The notes below the pieces were generated by a model, which saw nothing but the letters and a program-made list of their open reading frames with translations, did not search any database and was not told the origin of the DNA. A stretch of 64,000 nucleotides of DNA. Origin: an uncultured Planctomycetia bacterium (GTDB lineage: Bacteria; Omnitrophota; Gorgyraeia; 2-01-FULL-45-10; JAHFGN01). Location: contig CAYHAE010000006.1 in NCBI GenBank assembly GCA_964354545.1, positions 10,975 to 74,974 of the forward strand, read 5' to 3'. Shown piece by piece: positions 1-9,481 of the stretch (its first letter is position 1; every line of letters starts with the position of its first letter). The translations under genes were made by a program, and so were the position numbers.

Positions 1-1822
1 AACTCTTTATCGTCTCGCCCAGCCCCACCTTCTCTTGTTTCGCGGGTGCGTACTCGTAGTAGGACTTTATCTTCTCTCCCGGCTTCTTCTCAGGCGGGAT
101 ATATTCTGTCTCGTCGGTAAACGGCCTATATCCCTCATACTCTTTGCCGGGCTTATAGCGAATGTCCCGCTCGTCCCCTGTCGTCAATTCATCGCCGCTT
201 ATAATGTGCGGGGTGATCATGACCAAAAGCTCTGTCCTCTCGGTCTTACTCGAACCGCTCCTGAAGAGAAAGCCTATAACAGGTATCTTGCCCAATATCG
301 GGACCTGCTGATCATCTTTTGTCTTCTCATCCTTTCGAAGCCCTCCGATGATGATGGTAGAGCCGTCTTTCACCAGCACGGTGGTCTCGGCCATCGATGT
401 ATCGATGATGGGGATCGAGTTACCTGAGGGGGTGATAAGCGTATCGACGACGCTGGAGACCTCCGGCTTCACCTTCATCCTCACATATCCTTCGTCGTTT
501 ATCGTAGGGGTGACGGATAATTGTATCCCCACGTCGACGAAGGTCACCGACTCCGACACGGTGGTGGTATTCTGACCCTGAGTCGTGGTCGAAGTCACGT
601 ACGCCTGGCGCTCGCCCACGTGTATGCGCGCCTCCTGGTTGTTGACGACGGCCAATTTGGGGTTCGAGAGGACCTGGGAATTGCCCAGGGTCTGGAGATA
701 TCTGATGAAGAGGTCAATGTCCCGTTTCTTGGTGATAATACCTATGTGCATCCGCTCGCCGAGCGCGCGGGGACCCGCGGGTACCGTCGCTGTGCCGGTT
801 CCATAACTACTGGTGAACCCGCTGAACGGGATCGAGCCGACGGAATTGTCCAGCTGCGTGAGCACCTGTTCCCTGGACCTCCACGCAGCGGTCGCGGCCT
901 GCACCGCGCTGAAGGGGTATGAGCCGAGATATGCAAAGCCCAGATTCGTCGCGACATTCGCGATCCCTTCCCACTCTATCCCGCGCGACAGCTCATCTCT
1001 CAATTTCACTTTAATGATAGTGGTATCGATCAGGACCTCTTTCGTCTTCTTGTCCAATTCCGTCACGAGCGTTTCGATGCCCTCCATTCGCTCCGGCAAT
1101 GCCTGGACGACAACCTGATTCAGCCGCTCGTCCGCCTTGATCGATCCGACCTTCTTCGCATCCAATTGCAGCCTGAGCTGGTCCTCAACGTCCTTCGCCT
1201 TCGCGTACTTCAGATTGAAGACCTGCACCCTGTTCTTCTGTTCGAGCGTCTGTATGGCTTCCTCTACCCTCTTGATGTTCTCCGGCGTATCCATGATGAG
1301 GGCGGTACCCGAATCCGGTTCGACGAGCACCCTTCCGATATCGCTCTTCAGGGTATCCATCATGCTGAACGCCTGCTCCGGTATCGCGTACTGTATCCGG
1401 AAGACCTTCACCTGCCGCAGGTCCGCGAACCTCCTGCCATAGAGCGCCTTGTATTCTTCCTCCGTCATGACGTTATAGATGTCGCCCTGCTTCACGTAGG
1501 CGAGACCGTTGGAGCGCAGCATAAGATCAAACACGTCCTGCACCAACGCGTTCTCGACCATGAGAGTCACCCTGCCCGAGACGTTCTTCGTCGTGATGAC
1601 ATTGATCGCGATCCTCTGTGCCAGAAACTTGAGCGCCTCGACCACATCGATGTTACGCAGATCAAGAGAGATCCTGCCCTGCATGCCCTCGGGTATGACG
1701 ACCGGGCCGGCCTGTCCTTCCGCTGCGGTCGCAGGAACGGGCAGTTGGCCGTCTTGCGCGACCGTGTTCAAGGGTAGGGTTAGGAGCGCGCATACGAGCA
1801 GAAGCGCGATACGGTATCTCAT
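1..1822 (-). CDS. Secretin (GspD/PilQ-family outer-membrane channel), N-terminal ~607 aa; the 3' end lies beyond the window start
   Basis: Translated by hand from ATG at 1822..1820 on the minus strand. Signal peptide MRYRIALLLVCALL, N-terminal STN/N0-like repeats, and secretin core VLVKDGSTIIIGGL...QVPILGKIPVIGFLF...ELLVMITPHII. It is absent from the ORF track only because no stop codon falls inside the window. The listed plus-strand ORFs 35..1901 are low-complexity antisense artefacts. Confidence 0.8.
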   Translation of the reverse strand, partial: MRYRIALLLVCALLTLPLNTVAQDGQLPVPATAAEGQAGPVVIPEGMQGRISLDLRNIDVVEALKFLAQRIAINVITTKNVSGRVTLMVENALVQDVFDLMLRSNGLAYVKQGDIYNVMTEEEYKALYGRRFADLRQVKVFRIQYAIPEQAFSMMDTLKSDIGRVLVEPDSGTALIMDTPENIKRVEEAIQTLEQKNRVQVFNLKYAKAKDVEDQLRLQLDAKKVGSIKADERLNQVVVQALPERMEGIETLVTELDKKTKEVLIDTTIIKVKLRDELSRGIEWEGIANVATNLGFAYLGSYPFSAVQAATAAWRSREQVLTQLDNSVGSIPFSGFTSSYGTGTATVPAGPRALGERMHIGIITKKRDIDLFIRYLQTLGNSQVLSNPKLAVVNNQEARIHVGERQAYVTSTTTQGQNTTTVSESVTFVDVGIQLSVTPTINDEGYVRMKVKPEVSSVVDTLITPSGNSIPIIDTSMAETTVLVKDGSTIIIGGLRKDEKTKDDQQVPILGKIPVIGFLFRSGSSKTERTELLVMITPHIISGDELTTGDERDIRYKPGKEYEGYRPFTDETEYIPPEKKPGEKIKSYYEYAPAKQEKVGLGETIKS

Positions 1823-1830
1823 GTGCGCCA

Positions 1831-2514
1831 TCATCTCAGCTCGACCTCTTCTTTTTCGTAACTCAACACGACCTTATCCCTATAGATGGCCTCTACTTTA
1901 AACTCGCCTATCATCTGACCCCTCTTTACAAAATACGTTTTGGAAAACTTTGTATCTTCGATCATCGCGTCAGGATCGCTCGACCACGCGATCCCCACAA
2001 GCTTCAGGTGTTCGGTAGCCGAGACGAACGCCGAAGAGGGGGCCCCGCTCGGGGCCGGGGCCTCCTCCTTTTTTTTACCCATCTTGAAGATGTCCCGCTC
2101 TCTCATCCTGTCGATGTAGTATGAGAGCTCCTGGAGGCGCGAGGCCACAGGGGTCACCGAAACCTTTGCCCCTTCTTTGAGTTTTAAATGTACGGCGCGC
2201 ACGTTCTTCGCATTGACCGCCGACATGGTGACCGTGCTCGCAAGGGAGACGGCGAGGAGAAATACTCCCACCATCAAAAAATTATTGACGACCTTGATGT
2301 CGAGTATATCAAGAGAAAGGCCCCGACCGCCCTTGCCCAGCGCACTTACGCGGTCTTTCAGAAAAGAAAACCTGCCCAGCCACGCACCCGGCGAGAGGAG
2401 GCTCAAGCCCCGGCGCTTCAGTGCCCGGGATTGGACGCGCACATCCTTCGTATTCGTCTCTTCGATGAGCTTCAGTAGCTGTTTTTCTGGAGTAGCAGGT
2501 CTCTCCTGTGCCAT
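1831..2514 (-). CDS. Periplasmic secretin-assembly/pilot-like protein (GspB/GspC/PilP-like): one TM, a Pro/Ala-rich linker and a C-terminal beta domain
   Basis: Its stop is 8 nt upstream of the secretin start, and it overlaps the 3' end of the ExeA-like gene, so the three are probably cotranscribed. TM helix FLMVGVFLLAVSLASTV. The product name rests on context and is weak. Confidence 0.45.
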   Translation of the reverse strand: MAQERPATPEKQLLKLIEETNTKDVRVQSRALKRRGLSLLSPGAWLGRFSFLKDRVSALGKGGRGLSLDILDIKVVNNFLMVGVFLLAVSLASTVTMSAVNAKNVRAVHLKLKEGAKVSVTPVASRLQELSYYIDRMRERDIFKMGKKKEEAPAPSGAPSSAFVSATEHLKLVGIAWSSDPDAMIEDTKFSKTYFVKRGQMIGEFKVEAIYRDKVVLSYEKEEVELR

Positions 2515-3344
2515 CCTGTCTTTATCTCCTCGTCGATCAGCTCTCGAATGAGAGCGGCGTCTATCACGAACTTGTTTTTCAATACCACGTGTTTCAATGC
2601 CCTGTGGCAGAGCATGGTGATCTGCCTGGGGTAGCCCCGGCTGTGTTGATAGATCTCCCTCAGCGCATCGTCGAGGAAGAGCCGCATGGTAGACTTGTAG
2701 CCGGCCTGCCTCAGGCGGAATTCGATCATCTCCTTCGTCTCGTCAAAGTCCAGCGGATTTAAGGTGTATTTGAAGCTGATGCGGTCGAAGAAGTTCGGGA
2801 TGTCCATGATCTTCGAATGGAGTTCCAGCTGGCCCAGCAGCACGAGCTGCAGGAGCTTAAACTCGTTCGTCTCATAATTCAAAAGGACGCGCAGGATCTC
2901 GAGGGAACTGTCGCTCAGCTTTTGGGCCTCATCGATGATGACCGTGACTATTTTATTCTCGGTGACGCCTTTTTGAAAGAGGAAGCTTTCAAGGGCATCC
3001 CGTAGATCTACTATGGTGGGCGCGCCGTCGCTCCCCGTGTCGGCGATATCAAAATCCTTCGCGAGGGAGGCGAGGAATTGCGCTTCGTTCTCAAAGGAGG
3101 GGTCCAAGACCATGTTGAAGATAAAATCATCTCTTTCCCTCAACTCCTGGATAAGTTTTCGGGAGAGCGACGTCTTACCCGTTCCCACATCCCCCAAGAT
3201 AACAGAGAGGCCCCTCTTGAGCCTGAGCTCTATGAGTATGTTCGTGAGCGCAGTCTCGTGCTCTTTCGACAGATAAAAGAACTCAGGGTCAGGGCTTGTC
3301 GAAAACGGCTCTTTCGCGAAACCCAATACCTTGTAATAACTCAT
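2472..3344 (-). CDS. ExeA/GspA-like AAA+ ATPase, short form lacking the periplasmic peptidoglycan-binding half
   Basis: Walker A GDVGTGKTS, Walker B VIIDEAQ, and the arginine-rich C-terminal region typical of ExeA-type ATPases. First gene of the ExeA/pilot/secretin operon. Confidence 0.8.
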   Translation of the reverse strand: MSYYKVLGFAKEPFSTSPDPEFFYLSKEHETALTNILIELRLKRGLSVILGDVGTGKTSLSRKLIQELRERDDFIFNMVLDPSFENEAQFLASLAKDFDIADTGSDGAPTIVDLRDALESFLFQKGVTENKIVTVIIDEAQKLSDSSLEILRVLLNYETNEFKLLQLVLLGQLELHSKIMDIPNFFDRISFKYTLNPLDFDETKEMIEFRLRQAGYKSTMRLFLDDALREIYQHSRGYPRQITMLCHRALKHVVLKNKFVIDAALIRELIDEEIKTGWHRRDLLLQKNSY

Positions 3345-3776
3345 TATTATACCACTCCTAAAAAAAGAAAAACCTCATTCCGTATAGTGAAACGAGGTCC
3401 TTGCACGAACACTCTCCGCCTGCGCATATCCTTCCATATGAGATTCGGTTATCCTTGTCTTCCGAGCGCAATCGCTCACGCAGAGCTATCGCTACTCTTC
3501 CTGGTTTCGTGAAGACAACGAACACCTAAATTAAGCCAACAAAGCATGTTAACATAAGAGTCAGTTTAATTTATCCTGAGCCTGTCGAAGGATTACCCTT
3601 CGACTTCGCTCAGGGTAAATGCGACCTATATGTTAATAACTATTATTGGTCGCATTTAGAAGAAAATTTCGTTTAGTTTCTTTTAATATTGCTTGATATA
3701 CAATGATATATTCTAATATACAAAATATACCATAGAATTTGACTTTGTCAAGGGAGGCAGCCGTAATAATATCCTC

Positions 3777-3805
3777 CGTGCGCGGCAGGACGCATCCCGC
3801 GCACG
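3777..3805 (-). terminator. Candidate terminator hairpin (9-bp GC stem CGTGCGCGG/CCGCGCACG) about 30 nt after the receiver gene stop
   Basis: Perfect inverted repeat read directly. The downstream U-tract on the minus strand is only moderate. Confidence 0.35.
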
Positions 3806-3835
3806 TAGGAAGTACTGCTTAAGGCAGGGACGACA

Positions 3836-4225
3836 CTATTTTTTGAGGCTCTTATGAGTTCGCAATGCCGCTTCAAGCAAAGCGTGCCCTTCTGTGAAAT
3901 CTGCACCCTTATAAAATACCCCGGAGATCCCATGGTCATACGCAACCTTTACCCTGTCCTGGTCCAGGTATGCGCTCACAATGATGACGGGAAGGTCCTT
4001 GTTGAACTGCCTGAGCTTCTTGAGCGTCTCGATCCCGTCCATGACAGGCATGTTCAGGTCCAGGAACACGATATCCGGGGCCTTCTCCTTGATGACCTGG
4101 ATCGCCTGCTCGCCATTAAAAGCAATCAAGACGGAATACCCTTTTGACTGGAACCAGAAGGACATGGGTTGCGTAAAATCTGCCTCATCATCGACCAACA
4201 GAACGACGATCTTCTTATTATCCAT
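3836..4225 (-). CDS. Single-domain response regulator (CheY-like receiver, no output domain)
   Basis: Acidic pocket LLVDDEAD, phospho-Asp context IVFLDLNMP, conserved T/K region. 129 aa. Confidence 0.85.
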   Translation of the reverse strand: MDNKKIVVLLVDDEADFTQPMSFWFQSKGYSVLIAFNGEQAIQVIKEKAPDIVFLDLNMPVMDGIETLKKLRQFNKDLPVIIVSAYLDQDRVKVAYDHGISGVFYKGADFTEGHALLEAALRTHKSLKK

Positions 4226-4250
4226 AGTCCGATCACCCCCTCGCAGAAAA

Positions 4251-5687
4251 TTATTCTGTCAACGGTAATGTAAAGATAAACTTTGTTCCGTAACCTTTCT
4301 TACTCTCTACCCATATCCTCCCTCTGTGCAACTCTACGATCTCCTTTGCGACGGTGAGCCCTATCCCCGTACCGCTCACATCGGTCGAAACCCTTTCTCC
4401 CACCTGGTAGAACCTGTCAAAGATCTTAGCCAGGTCTTCTTCTGATATCCCGATCCCCGTATCGGCGACACCCACTTCGACGACTCCCATATCGTTCCGG
4501 ACCTGCGCCTCGATCGTGATCTTTCCGTTGTTAGGAGTGAACTTGAGGGCGTTCCCTATTAGGTTATTTAAAACCTGGATTATCCTGTGCGGGTCGATGT
4601 GGAGTACGGGGATGTCTCTTTGAACGTTCTTCTCGATCGAGATCAATTTCGTGCGGGCCCACGTGCTGAAACTCTCGGCCGATTCGTTGATGATCTGCTC
4701 TATCGACGAAGGCTCCCATTGGAGCAGCAGCTTTCCCGATTCCAGCTTCGAGAGGTCGAGCAGATCGTTTATCAAATGTCCGAGCCTCTTCACGTTGCGG
4801 TCGACAATGGAGAGAAACTGTTCCTGATCTTTGCTGACGGGGCCCGTCGCCTTGCTCAAGATGAGCGCTATCGACTTTTCAATCGCGATGAGAGGGGTGC
4901 GCAGCTCGTGGGTAACGTTGGCGACGAACGCGGATTTCATCCGGTCGAGCTCTTTCTGCTTGGTGATGTCGCTTAGGACGGAGACCATGCCGATCGTCTG
5001 TCCGTTCTCGTTCTCTATGACCGCGCTCGACGCCCTGAGGGTCTTCTTTGTCTCATCGTCGTGGGCGACGACCTCTATCTCTCTGTCGTCCTCGCTCGCC
5101 CCGACCTTTGCCAAAGAGATGAGCTGTTCGTCCTTCACATTTTCCTTGACAGGCTTGCCGACCTTCTCCTTGCTCGAAACCCCGAGAAGCTTCTCGGCGG
5201 CGGGATTCATCATCATCACCTTGCCCTTCGAGTCCACCACCACGAGGCCCTCTGCAATGCTGCGTATCACCGCCTCCGTTTCCCTCTTCTCAGCGAGCAC
5301 CCTCTTGTATTTCTTCCACGCGATCTCTTCATTCTGGCTCTTTTCCGTAATGAGCGTCTCGTACTTCTTGTGAAGGTCTTGGACATTAAGGTTGACCCTC
5401 TTCGCCAATTCCTGAGCAAAGAGACCTGCGACCTTGTCGCTCACATTCTGCGCACGCGCATCAGACCCGACAACCGCACTTATCTCTTCGTACAACACCT
5501 GTTTCAAGTCATCGTCCCCGAGAAGCGAGGGGTCGATCCCCTCTTCCGCCTTCTGTCTTTCGGCCTTCAGTTTTGTCTGGGCCGTTACTTTCGAAATATA
5601 GAGTGCGTTCGCAATATAGTATAATATCAACCCTATGATAATGCTTACGATAACCGTAACGATATATATTGTTATGACCGGATCCAT
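4251..5687 (-). CDS. Sensor histidine kinase: N-terminal TM, coiled-coil/PAS region, HisKA and HATPase_c
   Basis: H-box HELRTPL and G-box GTGIGLTVAKEIVELHRG; N-terminal TM IVTVIVSIIIGLILYYIANALYI. 25 nt upstream of the receiver gene. Confidence 0.85.
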   Translation of the reverse strand: MDPVITIYIVTVIVSIIIGLILYYIANALYISKVTAQTKLKAERQKAEEGIDPSLLGDDDLKQVLYEEISAVVGSDARAQNVSDKVAGLFAQELAKRVNLNVQDLHKKYETLITEKSQNEEIAWKKYKRVLAEKRETEAVIRSIAEGLVVVDSKGKVMMMNPAAEKLLGVSSKEKVGKPVKENVKDEQLISLAKVGASEDDREIEVVAHDDETKKTLRASSAVIENENGQTIGMVSVLSDITKQKELDRMKSAFVANVTHELRTPLIAIEKSIALILSKATGPVSKDQEQFLSIVDRNVKRLGHLINDLLDLSKLESGKLLLQWEPSSIEQIINESAESFSTWARTKLISIEKNVQRDIPVLHIDPHRIIQVLNNLIGNALKFTPNNGKITIEAQVRNDMGVVEVGVADTGIGISEEDLAKIFDRFYQVGERVSTDVSGTGIGLTVAKEIVELHRGRIWVESKKGYGTKFIFTLPLTE

Positions 5688-5873
5688 AGGGTTTGCCTTG
5701 CCCTGCCCGCCTGCGGCAGGCAGGGGTTTCGCGGCCTAAAAGAGAAAGTGCTCTAGGAAAAATTTATGGAAGATTCTTTGTCTCCGTACAAAATAGATGG
5801 TAGCACAAAACGCGGATCAATTCAACGTATTTTGCTCGGGGATTGTATCAGAAACGTGCTTCTTTTTCTTACA

Positions 5874-6050
5874 CAGCCCCTCGTGTTATAGCCGTGGGCA
5901 GGACGTCCTCATGCAGTTTACCTGCAGGAGGACAGCCCCTCGTGTTATAGCCGTGGGCAGGGCGTCCTCATGCAGTTTACCTGCAGGAGGACAGCCCCTC
6001 GTGTTGTAGCCGTGGGCAGGGCGTCCTCATGCAGTCTACATGCAGGAGGA
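5874..6050. repeat. Three head-to-tail 59-bp tandem repeats (5874-5932, 5933-5991, 5992-6050). Each carries the imperfect palindrome GTCCTCATGCAG-N5-CTGCAGGAGGAC.
   Basis: Read directly; the units differ by 1-4 substitutions. Non-coding: 59 is not a multiple of 3. Located between the rluA 3' end and the kinase start. Confidence 0.9.
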
Positions 6051-6153
6051 CAGACTAACACAGATCACGTGCGGGGGGAGTGTTTTCACAGATGGACGCA
6101 GATACGATATCAGTGATCACCAGCGAGGACACGCGTGTACGCGAGATCGGCGG

Positions 6154-6864
6154 TCATCTGTTCCTGTCCCACCCGCCCGCCTTCGCCAGGAAATCCCGCA
6201 TATCGCGAGGCAACGCTGCAGCGAGAGATACCCGTTCTTTCGTCACAGGGTGCGCGAACTCGAGCGCTCCCGCATGGAGGGCGACGCGCCTGAATTTTAC
6301 GGGATAGTCTCTCGCAAACGCGTAGAGCCGCTCCCCCAGGAGAGGGTGAGCGATATCCCGGAATTGCCTCCTGATCTGATTTGTCCTGCCCGTCACAGGT
6401 TCGACTTCGACGACGCTGAATCCGGCCTTCCTCTCAAGGACCCTGTACCTCGTAAGCGCGAACTCCTTTTTCTTTTTGTTCCTGTTAAACAGGTAGCTCT
6501 CTAACGTCGCCCGAGAGGTTTCGAGCCTTCCGTGGACGAACGCCGTGTAAAGCTTCTTCACCCGGCGGGCTTTGAACTCGTCCATCATGAGTTTCTGGAT
6601 CGACTTGCCCTTCGCGTAAAGGATGAGCCCTGAAGTCTCTCTGTCTATGCGGTGGCAGGGATAGGCATTGACCTCCACGCCCTTCGAATCGAGGTACGCG
6701 TTCAAAAGCTTCGTGAGGGTACGCTCTTCCTTCTTCGGGGTCTCGATCACGACGAGGCCCGAGGGCTTGTTCACCGCAATGAGCCAGCCGTCTTCGAAGA
6801 CGATCGCGTCTCTGTCCAGGCCGGGTCCGGTCATATAAGGCTTACTGTGTCGCTCTTCATCCAC
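6154..6864 (-). CDS. RluA-family pseudouridine synthase
   Basis: Catalytic motif HRIDRETSGLILYAK and the RluA-type C-terminal region. Confidence 0.85.
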   Translation of the reverse strand: MDEERHSKPYMTGPGLDRDAIVFEDGWLIAVNKPSGLVVIETPKKEERTLTKLLNAYLDSKGVEVNAYPCHRIDRETSGLILYAKGKSIQKLMMDEFKARRVKKLYTAFVHGRLETSRATLESYLFNRNKKKKEFALTRYRVLERKAGFSVVEVEPVTGRTNQIRRQFRDIAHPLLGERLYAFARDYPVKFRRVALHAGALEFAHPVTKERVSLAAALPRDMRDFLAKAGGWDRNR

Positions 6865-7640
6865 GCCATCTTGCCGTCAGACCTTCGCACCTTGGCCCAC
6901 TCCCCCTTCGATGCGAGGACGAAGACCTTAGTGCCGGCGTAGACCTTGAAATAGACGGTGGATGTATCGAAGGGCTCAAATCTGCACTCAGCCTCTTTTG
7001 CGAGGACTATCGCCGGCTTCAGGAACTCCCTCTCGTACGCCCTCACCCCAAAGGAGGCCATCCCTGCGGTAAGGACAAGCCCGGTCACGGCAAGGGCTGC
7101 CGCGAGCCCTTTCCTGAATCGATCACGACGGACGACGTAGAGCGCAAGGAGGAGCATGAGGAGAGACCAGGCCGCGGAGAGGAGCACGGTGAGGGCGCGC
7201 ATATCGAAGAACGACGTGAGGCCCTCGAGAAAAGCCATCCACCACGCCTTCCCTTCAACGGCGGGCGATTCTTCGATGAGTGACTGGGCATAGGCGAGAT
7301 TGGATTTCAGGTCCGCGTCCCGGGGGATCAATGCCTTGGCCCTTTCGTAATAGAGCACCGCCTGCCCGAGCTCACCGAGCTTGAAATAGGCGTTCCCGAC
7401 GTTGTAGTAGAGGTTGCCGCTCTCAAGGCCGCGGCCGGCTATCTCGTTATATCCGTCGATCGCCTTCTGGTATTCTCCCTTTTCGTAGGAGGAGTTCGCG
7501 TCGTAGAAGAGGGCCTCGTACGCCTTTTCCCTCTTCTGGTCCGAAAGGACCGGCGCAGCGCCCAAGAAGAACGCGCAGAGCGCCAGTATCAAAGGGGCCA
7601 TAAAGAACTCTCTATTCAGCGGATGGCGAGTGCGGCTCAT
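6831..7640 (-). CDS. BatE-like protein (signal/TM, TPR repeats, C-terminal SH3b domain)
   Basis: TPR-like AYYNVGNAYFKLGELGQAVLYYERA; C-terminal SH3-like GEWAKVRRSDGKMAWMKSDTV. Last gene of the Bat operon. Confidence 0.6.
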   Translation of the reverse strand: MSRTRHPLNREFFMAPLILALCAFFLGAAPVLSDQKREKAYEALFYDANSSYEKGEYQKAIDGYNEIAGRGLESGNLYYNVGNAYFKLGELGQAVLYYERAKALIPRDADLKSNLAYAQSLIEESPAVEGKAWWMAFLEGLTSFFDMRALTVLLSAAWSLLMLLLALYVVRRDRFRKGLAAALAVTGLVLTAGMASFGVRAYEREFLKPAIVLAKEAECRFEPFDTSTVYFKVYAGTKVFVLASKGEWAKVRRSDGKMAWMKSDTVSLI

Positions 7641-9481
7641 AGCTTTGCCCTCTCGAAGTATGCGATGATCTCCTGGAGGGTCTCCATTGAGGAGCGCATC
7701 CTCTCTTGGCTCATGCCGGAGGGGGCATACCGCGCAAGGTCACAGTCCTCGAAGAGACCCTTGAGCTTCTTCAGCATCTCCTCATCGTAACCCCTGGGGA
7801 CGAGGACCTCGTCGATGATCTGGACCGTGATTCCTCCCGTCGGAAGCTGAAACCGGTCCCCAAGATAACTACGAAGCGTTGAGTAGACCTCGTCGTAAAA
7901 TTCTCCTACCTTTTCCGCGCGCACGCAGCGCCGTGCCCTGGCGAGGCCCTGCCTCGCGGTCTTCGGCGCCTTCACGAGACGCGCATACTTCACATCCTTC
8001 TTCAGCCTCTCCGCCCTTGAGTGGACAATGATGACGGCGAGAAGTAAGAGGAGGGGGAGAAGCTGCAGCGCGAGGAATACCCTGTTCTTGTAGAGGGCCT
8101 CCCCCCTTCTTCTCGCCCTGCCGAAAGAATCCTTAATGTAGATGATGTCTCTGCCCAGGACCTCCCGCGTCGGCGACCGTCCGGTCCCGAGCGCGACGGC
8201 GGACTCGACGATCTTCGGCCTCGCCGCTTCGGGGAGCTTCTCAACGGTAATCGGGGTCGGGCCGTGGGTAATGGTCTTGTACTCGCCGAGCGTCGGGTTG
8301 AAGTAGCTGAAGCTCACTTTCGGGATCGCCTTCACGTCTTCGCTCTCGGGGATAATGGCCTGCTCGAATACCCTGTGTTTCTCCTCCATCCTTGACTGGG
8401 GTTCGTAGACCTTGAATCCCGCTGTATCCTCGAGCTTTGGAGGGCTCACCGTGTTGAAGTTCCCGCTCCCGTATATCGACATCTCAAGCGTGATGGGGTC
8501 CCCGGCCTTCACCTGCCGCGGGCGCGCGTCGAAGACGAACTGGAAATCTCCGACGGTCCCGCCGAAATCCTTCGGCACACCTTCGCTCGGGAGCGGCGTG
8601 ATCGTGATGCCGAGGTCCTTCGATTTGACCGACGTGGGATAGACCTCGTGCTGGCTGAAGAATTCGTCGAAGAACGGGTCGTTGAACCCGGAATAGTCGT
8701 CTTCGAAGGGCGACCGCTGCCTCGCCTGGGGGCGGCGCACCTCCAGCGTACAGTTCGCCTCGGCGGGCCCGATCTTGAATTCGCCCGTCTTTGTGCCGAA
8801 GATCTGGGTAGCGAATTCCACGACATCGTATGTAACTCCTCTCAGGACTTCCCTGTACTGCTTCGGTTCTCCGAACTCGGCCTTGGAGAACCCTTCTTGC
8901 GCGAAGGTCGGGTACTGGATATTCCGCACGGGAAGCCTGTTGATGTACAGTTTTATCGAAACGGGGATAAGTTCGTTCAAATATGCGGTCGTCTTGCCGA
9001 CCGAAAGGACGAGGAAGAGACGGTCGCTTAAGTCGGGCGCCTGCGCTCCGCGCGCTCCGCCGCCGGGACCTCCCCCCTGGGCCTGCGACTCCTCGATGAC
9101 CTTGATAGGGACCTTGTTTGAAATGTACCGGTCTCCTCTATAGTCAAACGTGAACGGTCCCAGGTCAAAATTCCCGACCTTGAGAGGCAAGAGCATGTAG
9201 TTGTGCGTGACGGAACTCGTGACCCTGCCGTTCGTTATCGACATGATCTTCGATGGACCTATGTAGCGGACCTGGAATCCGCCCAGACTCGTGATCTCAG
9301 GGGCAGGGACATCCTGCGTCCCGTAGAACGTGAGCCCCATCCGCACGCTCTCGCCTATCGAGACGAAATTCCTGTCTACGGCCGCCTCGAAATTCACGTC
9401 TTTCGCACCGCTGGGCGTGCACATCGCTGCCGTACCCGCTATGACCATACACACGAGGAGCGCTCTTTTCATATCTACCAA
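7637..9481 (-). CDS. BatD-like protein (large periplasmic protein with a C-terminal TM anchor)
   Basis: Signal peptide, 614 aa, C-terminal TM LALQLLPLLLLLAVIIV, and its position between batC and batE. Confidence 0.6.
   Translation of the reverse strand: MVDMKRALLVCMVIAGTAAMCTPSGAKDVNFEAAVDRNFVSIGESVRMGLTFYGTQDVPAPEITSLGGFQVRYIGPSKIMSITNGRVTSSVTHNYMLLPLKVGNFDLGPFTFDYRGDRYISNKVPIKVIEESQAQGGGPGGGARGAQAPDLSDRLFLVLSVGKTTAYLNELIPVSIKLYINRLPVRNIQYPTFAQEGFSKAEFGEPKQYREVLRGVTYDVVEFATQIFGTKTGEFKIGPAEANCTLEVRRPQARQRSPFEDDYSGFNDPFFDEFFSQHEVYPTSVKSKDLGITITPLPSEGVPKDFGGTVGDFQFVFDARPRQVKAGDPITLEMSIYGSGNFNTVSPPKLEDTAGFKVYEPQSRMEEKHRVFEQAIIPESEDVKAIPKVSFSYFNPTLGEYKTITHGPTPITVEKLPEAARPKIVESAVALGTGRSPTREVLGRDIIYIKDSFGRARRRGEALYKNRVFLALQLLPLLLLLAVIIVHSRAERLKKDVKYARLVKAPKTARQGLARARRCVRAEKVGEFYDEVYSTLRSYLGDRFQLPTGGITVQIIDEVLVPRGYDEEMLKKLKGLFEDCDLARYAPSGMSQERMRSSMETLQEIIAYFERAKL

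Noticed and set aside
35-1901. Plus-strand ORFs 35..427, 521..922, 1166..1777 and others at the window start
   Set aside because: Low-complexity, frame-hopping fragments. The real gene is the minus-strand secretin, which the ORF track misses only because its stop lies outside the window.
5874-6050. The tandem repeats as a CRISPR array
   Set aside because: The units abut directly with no variable spacers, and the unit length (59 bp) and internal structure do not fit CRISPR repeats.
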